NCBI RefSeq assembly: GCF_009914755.1
Contig: NC_060925.1
Length of the DNA: 64,000 nt
Reading direction: 5' to 3' (one strand)
From: the human T2T-CHM13v2.0 reference genome, Homo sapiens
Within the stretch, counting starts at the first letter, position 1. The number at the start of each line of letters is the position of its first letter. This document shows positions 31,530 to 45,827 of the stretch, piece after piece. A program made the translations under genes and the position numbers. The notes beneath the pieces are model-generated. The model ran no database searches and was not told the origin of the DNA. It worked only from the letters and a program-made list of their open reading frames with translations.

Positions 31530-31750
31530 GATTGTAGGCTTTGGTGTCAGACATTTGACATTAGAATTCTGGCTTTTTTACCAGCCCCTGCAACCTTGGG
31601 CAAATCGCTTAAACTCTCTGTCTCATTTCTCATCTGTAAAATGAGCATCATAACAATACTTCTCACTGGGTTGATGTGAGGATTAAGTGAGAATGACACA
31701 TGGAAAGCTTAGAACAATGCTAAGCGTATAACAGATGTTCAATAAATAGT
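31530..31750 (+). mobile_element. MIR
   Basis: ACCTTGGGCAAATCGCTTAAACTCTCTG...TTTCTCATCTGTAAAATG. Confidence 0.85.
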
Positions 31751-31914
31751 ATCATATATGTAATGATATTTGAGGTAATTTGATTTTTTTGCAACTAAGA
31801 GTCTAACTATAGTTAATCTCCTTACTGATTCACTTGGAGCAGAGTAACCTTGTGTGGGAGCTGTGTAAACAAGATAAGGTATAGGGAGTTAGAAAATATT
31901 GTCTTATACAGTGT

Positions 31915-32120
31915 GAATAATAATACACTGAGCATTTAATAGATGCTTGGTGTTCTAAGCATTTTACCTGTATTAACTCATTGGATGTTTCTGTTACTTT
32001 CATTGTAAAGATATAGAAACTGAGGCACAGAGAGGCTAACCAACTTGCCCAAGGTTATACAATATGTAACGGGCAGAAATAGAATTCAAACCCAGGTGGT
32101 CCAGTTACAGAGTTTTAATT
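31915..32120 (-). mobile_element. MIR
   Basis: GAAACTGAGGCACAGAGAGGCTAACCAACTTGCCCAAGG. Confidence 0.85.
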
Positions 32121-32583
32121 TTTAAATATCTAATTCCTTTTCAATTCTTTCTTTTTAAATGAAGCTAAGGAGGAGGTCTCAGTTTGTTGTTACTGTTTCT
32201 TTTATGTTTTTCTAGTACTTGCTTCTCTCCCATTTTGACAAAGACATAGTATACCTCAGGTCTAGAAACAAGATGTGATTCTTGGTAAAGTTCCTGTACT
32301 GTACATGAAGTGGTATATCACCTGAAGGAAGACCATGGTAAGTTAAAGTTAAATACTATAAATCCTAACACAATCCTGTGAAACAATGAGTTGTAGCTAA
32401 GAAGCCAACAAAGGAGATAAAATGGAATTAGAAACTATACTTACTTATTCAGAAGAAAGCATAAAAAGAGAAAAAAAAGGGACAAATGTAAAGCAAATAG
32501 CAAAATATAATAGACTTAAACCTAACCATATCAATAATCACATAAAATCTAGAAGACCTAAACACATTTAAGAAGCAGAAATG

Positions 32584-32953
<370 letters not shown>

Positions 32954-33650
32954 TTAAATATTAAGACACAAATAGGCTAAAAGTAAAGGATGGAAAAAGA
33001 TACACCATGCTCGCAATAGTCAAAAGAGCATTATGTGGCTATATTAATATTGGACAAGACCCAAGCAAAGAGTATTTCCAGGGATAAAGGATGTCATTAC
33101 AAAATGATAAAGAGGGCAGTTAATCAAGAGGATGTAATAGTTCTAAACATTTATGCCCCTAATAACAGAATTTCAAAATACTTGAAACAAAAACGGATAG
33201 TATTCAAGGGAGAAATTGTCATATCCACAATTTGTGTTGGATACTTACTCTTCTCTCAGTAAATGATAGAACAAGCAGACAGAAAATCATAGGGATATAT
33301 AGTAGACTTGAACAATACTGTCAACCAATTTTACTTAATTAACATTTACAGAATCTCCACCCAACAATAACATATTATTCTCAGTTTACTCAAATGTCTA
33401 CAGAACATTTTTCATGATGGACTATGTTTTGGTCCACAAAAAAGTCTCAATAATTTAAAAGGGTTGAGATCCTTCAAAATATGTTATCTGATCACAGTGT
33501 AATTCAATTTGAAACTATTAACAAAATGGGGGAAAATCTGGTCTTTGGAAACTAAACAACACAATTTTAAATAATTTATGGTTCAAGGAAGAGATCAAAA
33601 GGGAAATTATAAAGTCTTTTGAACTGAATCAAAATGAAAACAACAAATCA

Positions 33651-33955
<305 letters not shown>

Positions 33956-35254
33956 AGAATTTGTGGGATACTATTGAAGTAGAACTCAGAAAGAATTTAT
34001 AGCCCTGAATGCCTACATAAGAAAAGAAGAAAGATCTCAAATCATTCACTTCCATTTCTACCTTCAGGCATTAGAGGAAGAGCAGATTAAAGTAATTACA
34101 GGAAAGGGTATACTAAAGATCAGTGTGGATATTATTTTTAACTTTCTACTCATTAGAATCAATGAAAATGATTTTGATGTAAAATGAAAGCAATTACAGT
34201 AAAGGAAATGATAAAGATCAGTGTGGAAATTGTTTTTAAACTTTCTACTAATTAGACAAAAATCAATGAAAATTGATTTTATTGATGTTGCCATGGAACT
34301 AATTTAAGTTAAAAAAATTAGTTCTGTGGCAACATCGATAAAATTGATAAAGCTCTAACTGTGCTGATTGAGATCAGGAAAGACAGAAGTGACATCATTA
34401 CAGAGCCTACAGATATAAAAGGATAACAGGAATACTGTGAATAACTTTATGCCTATACATTTTAAAACAGAGATGAATTGGACGAATTTTTTGACAGACA
34501 CATACTACCAAACTTCACTCAAGAAGAATATACAACCTGAAATAACCCTGTATCTGTTAAAGAAATTGAATTTGTGATTACAATATTTCCACACCAAAAA
34601 AAAACCCAAAATAAACTTCAGACCCAGATGACTTCACAAGTAAATTCTGTTAAACGTTTAAGGAAGAATTAAGACCAGTTCTATACAAACACTTCCAGAA
34701 AATTGTAGAGGAAGAAGTACTTCCTCACTTATTTTGTGAGCTCAGCATTACCTTCTTACTCAAACTAGACAGACGTTGTGAGGTAAGAAGACTACACAGA
34801 AATAACTCACATGAGCATACATACAAAAGTTCTAACCATATTTTAGTAAATTGAATGTAACAGTTTATTAAAAAATACATCATAATTAACTGGGGTTTAT
34901 TTCAGGAATGCAAAGTTGGTTTAACATTTAAAAAGCAATCGTTGTAATTCACTACATTAAGTAAAAAAAACTATATGATCATCTCAGAAAATTGGGGGCA
35001 GGGGAGGCAAGCATTTGATGATCTAACCTTCATTCTGGGTAGTCACTTTGAGAAAACTAGGATTAGAAAGGAAATTCTTCAGCCCAGTGAAGGATGTCTC
35101 TGAAAAAACTGTAGGTAGTATCATATTTAATGGTGAAAGACTGAATGCTTTTTCTCTAAGACCAGCAACAAAACAAAGATGGCTACTCTCACCACTTCTG
35201 TTTCACAGTGTACTGGAGGTTCATTGCAGCCAATACAGTCAAGAAAAAGAAATA

Positions 35255-35568
35255 AGCTGGGTTTGGTGGCTCATGCCTGTAATGCCAGCACTTAGGGATG
35301 CTGGAGAGCAGGGGTGGATCACTTGAGGTCAGGAGCTCGAGACCAGCCTGGCCAACATGGTGAAACCCCGTCTCTACTAATAATACAAAAAAAATTAGCA
35401 CGGCATGGTGGCAGCTGCCTGTAATCCCAGCTACTCAGGAGGCTGAGGCAGGAGGATCACTTGAAACTGGGAGGGCAGAGGGTGCAGTGAGCCGAGATCG
35501 CACCACTGTACTCCAGCCTGGGCGACAGAGCGAGACTCCATCTCAAAAAAAAAAAAAAAAAAAAGAAA
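35255..35568 (+). mobile_element. Alu
   Basis: Forward Alu with poly-A. Confidence 0.93.
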
Positions 35569-36516
35569 GGAAAAGGCATCCAGACTGGAAAGGAGGAAGT
35601 AAAGTATCTTCTTTGTAGTTGACATGATTGTCTGTAGAAAATCTGATGGAACTTGCAAAATTTCTGGGACTAAGTGAATTTAGTAAAGTTGTGGATTACA
35701 GAATCAGTCTGTAAATATCAATTGCATTTATTTAGCAATGAGCAGTTGGAAATTGAAATGTAATAAAACCAGTACTATTGATAATAGTATCAGATATGAA
35801 ATACTGTTAATTACACAGCATCATAGAAAGTAAGTAAAGAAGACTTAGATAGGTGGGGAGATAGATACTCTTTGTTTATGGGTGAGAAGACTCGTTGCTA
35901 AGAAGACAATTATCCCTAAATTGATCAATGTGATTCCAGTCAAAATGCCAGCAGGCTTTCTTTTTTGGCGGTGGGGTGGGGGAATAGAAATTGGCAAGCT
36001 GATTCTAAAATTCGTGTGGAAATGTAAAGGACGTAGAATAGCCAAAACAGCTTTGTAAAAAGAAGAACAAAGTTGGAGGTCTAATGCTATCTGATATCAC
36101 AATTTATTATAAATCTGAAGTAGTCAAAACAATGTTGTATTTGTATAAGGATGATGAAATAGATCAATGGAATAGAACAGAGTCCAGAAGTAAGCCAGTA
36201 CATAAATGGACAACTGAATTTTGACAAGGTGCAAAGGCAGTTCAGCAGAGAAAGGATAGTCTATTCAACAAATAATGCTGGCACAAAATGGATATCCAAA
36301 TGCAAACAAATGAACTTCAGTCTGTATCTTGCACTGTATGGGAAAATGAGCTCAAAATGAATCAAAGACCTAAATGGTCAAGACTTAAATTACAAACTTT
36401 TGGCAAAATTAGGACAAAATCTTTATCTTGAGTCAAGCAAAATTATTTTTAGTTACAACACCAAAAGCATGATCCTTAAAATAGCACATTGATAAAATGA
36501 TTTTTTATCAAATTGA

Positions 36517-36870
<354 letters not shown>

Positions 36871-37065
36871 TGAAAAGACCGGCTGCAGGATGGCAGAAAA
36901 TACTTGCAAATCAAATATGTGATTAAGGTCTTGTATATAGAATATATACTAATGAACTCTCAACACCAACAATCCAACTTTTTGAAATCTGCAAAATATT
37001 TGATAGATACCTCACCACAGAAGATACGCTAAGTATATGAAAAGATGTTTAGTCCTTATATATAT

Positions 37066-38557
37066 TTTTTTATTTAACAAAAATATTTAATGCTGCCAAA
37101 AAGTATAAAAATACAGTAGGAATGGCAGTACAATACAAAGTAATCTCTCCTAATTTATTTCTTGTACATCTTTCTACATTTCATACATGCATTATAAACA
37201 CTTAACATCCAGTTAAAGGTTCTGCAAGGTCTTAGCTGGTGGATGCTCTTCATTCCCTGGATGTCAAGTTTACTTTGTAAACAAACAACTGTGAGGCAAT
37301 CTAGAGGGTTAGCGAGCCTCACTTAAGTTTCCAGAGTGGGCTTCAGGTCTTGATTTGCACATCAATGGTTCCAAATTTATAGCTGCAGAATATTCTCAAG
37401 TCATGAATATTAGGTATCTGTCAATCTTGGCCTTTTTCTTTTTCGTTCATTCTCATTTAGCCTCTATTTCATCTGCTGCACCTTCTGAGCTGTGGTGGCC
37501 TTTCTGTCCTCTCACATACGTTTCCGTAGAACACTCTCATTGTTCTCCTCCATTGTATCTTGCATTTTAGAGGAAAGTCCTGTACGTCAGTCACCTGTCA
37601 GTTTTTCTTCTTCTAGACCTATTCTGTTCCTATTGTATTTTTCAGTCATTATTTTGTTTGGTGAATGATCAAAAGCAGGAGGTAGTCTTCCTTAGAAAGT
37701 TCTTTCCATCGTTTCTGTATACTAGAATCTCCCTTTACACATTTTGCTCCTTCTGTTATAGCCATGTATGAGAATCTCAGTTGATCTGGGGTCTGAGATA
37801 AGACCCATTTGGAATTTTCTTATGTTCAGTAACACTTGTTTAATGTTAATATCATCTCCTTTTTCCATCAAAACAAGACAAGTGTCTACCAGAGAGAAGG
37901 TGCTGGAGCGTCCAGTGCCTGCACTACGGTGGATCACCACAGGTCCATGGTCAGGGTTCAAGGAGCCAGATTCTCTCACTTTAAACAAGAAATTGAGAAA
38001 TGAAGCTGGTGATTGAGGGACTCCAAAATCTGGCCAAGTAGTATAATGAAAGTGAGATATTGTTCTGGTTTCACCACTATTGATATTTTCTAATTGTGGT
38101 AGATGTACTGTATAATACGACTTCACATCTTCTGACAAGAGCTTCACACTGAATCCTGTTTCTTTAAACAGCATCTCTTGGTCATCTGTTGGCCAGTACT
38201 GTGCACATTTAACCAATTCTTTCTCCATAATGCGGTTCAGCATGACAACTGCTTTGGTCTTCTGCTGCCAAACCATAAGCCAGAAATGGCAGCATGTGTT
38301 AGGAAGTGGACCCTGTGTTAAGATGTAACTCCTTTGTCCTCTTCTATGTCAACTAAGCTGGCATTAATATAATCATTCTCAGCATTTTGCAGTTTAACAC
38401 AACTGTGATCATCAAGTACAGCAGCTGCCAGCGATGCTGAGCATCCAACTCCTTGAACTCCCACTTGATGGTGGTGGGCATGGCAGCAGGAGCGAGCTGG
38501 TGCGAGCAGAGCCTGTGCCAGCGGAGACGCTCAGGCCCTGCACGATCCGCAGAGAGC
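37066..38557 (-). pseudogene. PTPN2P1: Processed pseudogene of PTPN2 (T-cell protein tyrosine phosphatase), TC45-type 3' end
   Basis: Intronless. ATG at 38481 gives MPTTIK..; ORF 37722-38276 has [17 protein letters not shown] and a mutated P-loop [11 protein letters not shown] (catalytic Cys to Arg). C-terminus RKRKRPRLTDT* with stop at 37410-37412. Frameshifts and stops present; 3'UTR and poly-A remnant near 37066. Confidence 0.93.
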
Positions 38558-38757
38558 CTATATTACATTAATCATAATGTTAATAGTTACTAAATAAATG
38601 GGAATTAAAATCAGTGAACTAGCACTACCTATCTAAAAGACTGACCATACCAAGTGTTCGCAAAGATGTGAAAGACTAGAACTCTATACTTTGCTTTTAG
38701 GACTGTAAAACAGTACAACTACTTTAGGAGACAGTTTGGTTGTTTCTTAAAATGCTA

Positions 38758-39066
<309 letters not shown>

Positions 39067-39231
39067 TTAACGTACACCTACCAGCAGCTCCACTCCTAGG
39101 TATCTACTGAAAGGACTTGTGTACTAATGTTCACAGCAGCTTTATTTATGATAGTCACAAACTGGAAAAAATGGATAAACAAATTGTGATGTGACTATAC
39201 TATTTAGCAATATAAAGGAATGAACTATTTA

Positions 39232-39592
<361 letters not shown>

Positions 39593-39930
39593 AGAAGGCA
39601 GGCACTTTGGGGGTGACTAAGTATGTTCCCTATCTTGATTTTTCATAGGTGTATACTATATATGTACTTTGAACATGTGTAATTTATTGTGTGTAACCTA
39701 TATATAAAGGTTTTTTTGTTTGTTTGTTTTGTTTTTTAAACATTGAGGTGGACGGAGTCTTGCTGTGTTGCCTAGGCTAGTCTTGAACTCCTGGGCTCAA
39801 GCTGTCCTCTCACTTACAGGTACACACCACCAACAACCCATTTAGTCTGTCACGTAATTAATAGACCAAAATTTGTCTTTTGTTTTTGGACCAAATAAAG
39901 CTGTTTTTAAAATTTTTTTTTAATTCATGC

Positions 39931-40162
39931 AGGCTGGGTGTGGTGGCTCACGCCTATAATCCTAGCACTTTGGGAGGCCAAGGTGGATGAATCACCTGAG
40001 GTCCAGAGTGTGAGACCAGCCTGGCTAACATGATGAATCCTTGTCTTTACTAAAAATACAAAAATCAGCTGGCGTGGTAGTGGGTGCCTATAATCCCAGC
40101 TACTCAGGAGGCTGAGGCAGGAGAATCACTTGAACCCAGGAGGCGGAGGTTGCAGTGAGCCT
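39931..40162 (+). mobile_element. Alu lacking its 3' end and tail
   Basis: Forward Alu that stops after GCAGTGAGCC. Confidence 0.9.
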
Positions 40163-40539
40163 GGTTTTTCAGCAGTTTACTAATAACACTTGGATCTTTA
40201 GCATTTTCTTCTTTTTCGTTTTAAAAGACAACCTTGAGGAGAGAGAAGGTAGATATGAATGGAAGAATAGGGGAAGGACAATGATTTGGATTGGTTTGAA
40301 ACGTTGGCCCCTAATATGTTGCTTTTGAGGAGTAGTATTTTTCTAAACGGAGTAACACTTGGGATTTTGTAAATTCAATTTGATGAGGATCTTAGAAGTA
40401 GCTTGCTGCTATTGCAGAGTTATCTACAGCTGCTCCAGAAGGCTGATGGCTACATGGCTGGATTTGATCCATGCACAGAGGTAGAGAGTGCCTTACTTTG
40501 CATATTACTCACATCTGTTGCACTAAAGCAGTGCTTTCT

Positions 40540-41114
<575 letters not shown>

Positions 41115-42859
41115 CTCTAGGCCACCAGTGTCTCCTCTTTGGGATATTTGATATTTTGTGCTTAATTTTCCAGTGGTGGCTCATTGCAAATAAAACAAAG
41201 TGGCACCCTATCACTTGCAGCTGCTGTGCTGTGTTTAATGGCTTTTACTGATGATGGTATGTAATAAGTGAATGACGTGAACTTTAAGAAGTAGAATAAG
41301 GCAACCTTAGCTTTTTTCTCTCTCACAGTCTGCATGTAGCTGGTTGATGAATTCAGGCACTTTTACTTTGAAAAGTCTCTGGAATTAGGTTTTTTGATGT
41401 TCGTATTTATAATTTCTTGGCTGCAGTAGGATAATAACCTTCTTATTGCTCCTTCTGCATTTAAGGTTCTCAAATTCGTCAAATGTCCGCATATGTTACC
41501 TAAGCTACCTTTCTAAAATAAAAGTATTGTGGTACATTTCTCTGTCTATAATTATACAGGGACTCCCAGTCACCCAGAACAGTGGTTCTTAACTGCTTTT
41601 TATTCCTGAGTCCCTTTGAAAATCACTAATAGCTATGGATCCAGGAAAATGAGTTTATTTTTGGGTGTGTTCATGTACACAGTATTCATACTTTGGGGGG
41701 AATTGGACAATGTATGGCCCTAAAGTTTTATTCATGTCTCTTAGTTAGGAAATCTTGATTTACATTAAAGTACATTTATTTCCATGCTGTTGTAAGTGCT
41801 TCTTGAGCTGGCTAGAGTCTTTGTAATTTATCTTCCATGTTCACACACACAGACACACACACCCTATGTCCCTCCCCCCCAAACCCTTATGCTTTTTTCT
41901 ACAAAGAACCAACATTCCTCCGTTATGGCAATTTCTTCCGTTCTTGTGGCTTTGCAAATAGCATTTCCTCGTGCCAGGATTGCCCTTACCATAAATTTCC
42001 CTTCCATATGCCCATTTTCTACTTGTTAAGACTCATCTCAGATACCAGATTCTCTGTGAAGATATTCCTGACATCTCTTCCTTGGCAGACAGAAGTAAAT
42101 ACGAAGGAATTCTAGCAAATGAAACAAATAGGGACACCTTTTTTCAGAGTGGGGAGGAATATGGAAGGAAGTTTTCTTGGAAAGCTTTATTTGCTCTTCT
42201 TGAGAGAGAACACTATTCCATAACCTTCTGAACCTCTTTAAGCCTCCTTTTCTAAACTGGTTATCAATTTCTTAAATTGATTACATTATTGATAAATAAT
42301 AATATTTATCTTAGAGGAGTATTAGAATAAATGAAGAACAGTGTTTCAATCTCTGTAACACCTCAATACTTATACAGGAAATTCCCTTCTTCTGGTCATT
42401 GGGTGGCCTCCGGAACTTATGCAGGAAGGAGTAAGTGTATCTTCAGAGACCTAGTACTCTCAGTTCTTAATAAAAATGTTCTGATGAAAAACTAGGTCAT
42501 AAATTTACTAGAACATTTCTTGAAATCCTTCTGGTGAAATTAAAGTATGTGGGTAAGCTACAAGTCGCTATGCAAATATTTATGTTGTTATAGGTGTTGT
42601 TACTTTTAAAAGACCAGAGGGATCTTTACTATTAGAGCAAAAAACGTTTTTTTTCCTAGTCGGTTGCTGATAGAATAGATTCCTGGCTTTCACAAATTAA
42701 CACTTATAATTGTGGGTTCTCACTATTCCATCCCATGAATGACAGGGAGGATGCATGGCATATGACAATTTGTAATTTACTGAGCCCAGATTGGTCCTAG
42801 TCTGCTACCTAGTAGGTAAATCTCAGTTTGATTTGCTAATCTCTACTATTTGTGTAGTA

Positions 42860-43189
42860 ATTTTTTTTTTTTTTTTTTCTGAGACAGGGTGTCACTCTGT
42901 TGCCCAGGCTAGTGTGCAGTGGCACAGTCTTGGCCCACTGCAGCCTTGACCTCCCAAGCTGAAGCAATTCTCTCACCCCAGCCTTTCAAGTAGCTGGGAC
43001 TATGGGACTATAGGCATGAACCACCATGCCCAGCTAATTTTTAATTTTTTTTTTTTTGTAGAGATTGGTGGCGGGGGGGAGGGTCTCACTTTGTTGCCTA
43101 GGCTGGTCTCAAACTCCTGGGCTCAAGTGGCCCTCTCACTTCCCTCTCCCAAAGTGGTGAGATACAGGTGTGAGCCATGTTGCCTGGCC
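42860..43189 (-). mobile_element. Alu (AluJ-like)
   Basis: Reverse Alu. Confidence 0.92.
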
Positions 43190-44502
43190 ATAGTAGCTTT
43201 TGTTGCCAGCACTATCTTCCTGCAGCTACTCCTACTGCTGGTGATCAAAGAGAAGCAAAAAGCAATAGCTGTAGAAGGAAGAATTTAGAGTAAATTAAAG
43301 AGTAAAATGTAACATTTCGTGATGGCTTAAATTCATGGTGCATATGAGTCAGCTTTACAGTTTATATAGTAATGTGAATAAGTATAAATTATTTCAATCT
43401 TCTTAGAATCATTAAAGGTCTGAAGGAGTTAAAAAATAGTTATACTTTAATGTTTTATATGCCATAGTAATATTCTCCAATTTGGAAATCTTTCAAGTTG
43501 CCTTGGAAAAAATACTTAATAAACTGATACCAAGGGTCTGTTGTAGGGGAAGTCATTGCTTAGGTATCCATTTGTTGAGACTTCTGAATTCAGTATGGTC
43601 TTTCTCTCTCTCTTTTTCTGTTTATGTATGTATCCTGAATGGAATTTGTAAGATACAATTTAATAGTTCATTAATATGGACTCTGCCTTTTCATTGTGTA
43701 CAGTCCAGGCTTTTCTGTTATTGTGACAAACATTGCCCTTTATTTCTTCAGACTCAGTTCCTGATGCTTCCCACCTCTGTTTACATTTGCCCTCTGTACT
43801 GTACTTGAACTACTGGTAGTCCACTGAATACGAGGCACTGAATGTGCCATACTGGTTATGTGGACTTGGCAAGATCACATGACCTTGGCATTGGATTGAT
43901 GTTGTCTTATGTAAAATCAGGATTGGAACAAAGCAGTGGGTTAGCAAATTTGTCCTTTTTTTTCCTGCCTTCGTATTCTTTCATTCTTACACATTTGAAA
44001 GATACAACACTTTCTCATCACTTTACAATGAATTCCTACAGCCATGATTCTCTATGGTATTTGGGGGTGGGACATGGGCCCTGAGACGAGTCAAATATTA
44101 AAATTAGAGAAGACCTGGGGGTTTGAAATGCACCCTAAGTTGAGATCTCTAAAATATCTTCCATCTCCTAAATAATATTCATCTGTATTATTAGCATGAG
44201 GCAAAAATTTATGGATATATGAGCTTAGGTCCAAAAAGCTGTTCCTCGGCTCATTTTGTCTCAAGTCCAGATTGATGCTAAACAAGTGATCACTAACGCC
44301 ATCTGTTGGTGGTAACAGTTGTACTTTTTCTTTTAAAATTTATGTTGTAGCGTAATGTTCACCGTAATACTCAAACAAAAATGTTTGAGACCAAGCGTCT
44401 CTGTCTTATTATGGAATCGAGTTAGAGATACTTATGTACCAAGTGCTTTAAGCAGGAAGAAAAAACCGTAAAACACTTCAGTTATAACAGTACCTGCATT
44501 AG

Positions 44503-44849
<347 letters not shown>

Positions 44850-44906
44850 TGCAGGTTGAAGGTTTTTAAGTTGAGGAGCTTCTGTATAATTTGGGAGAAT
44901 TTACAG

Positions 44907-45827
<921 letters not shown>

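Noticed and set aside
37722-38276. 184-aa PTP-domain ORF as a functional phosphatase
   Set aside because: Catalytic Cys replaced by Arg, N-terminal domain missing, frameshifted C-terminus, intronless retrocopy
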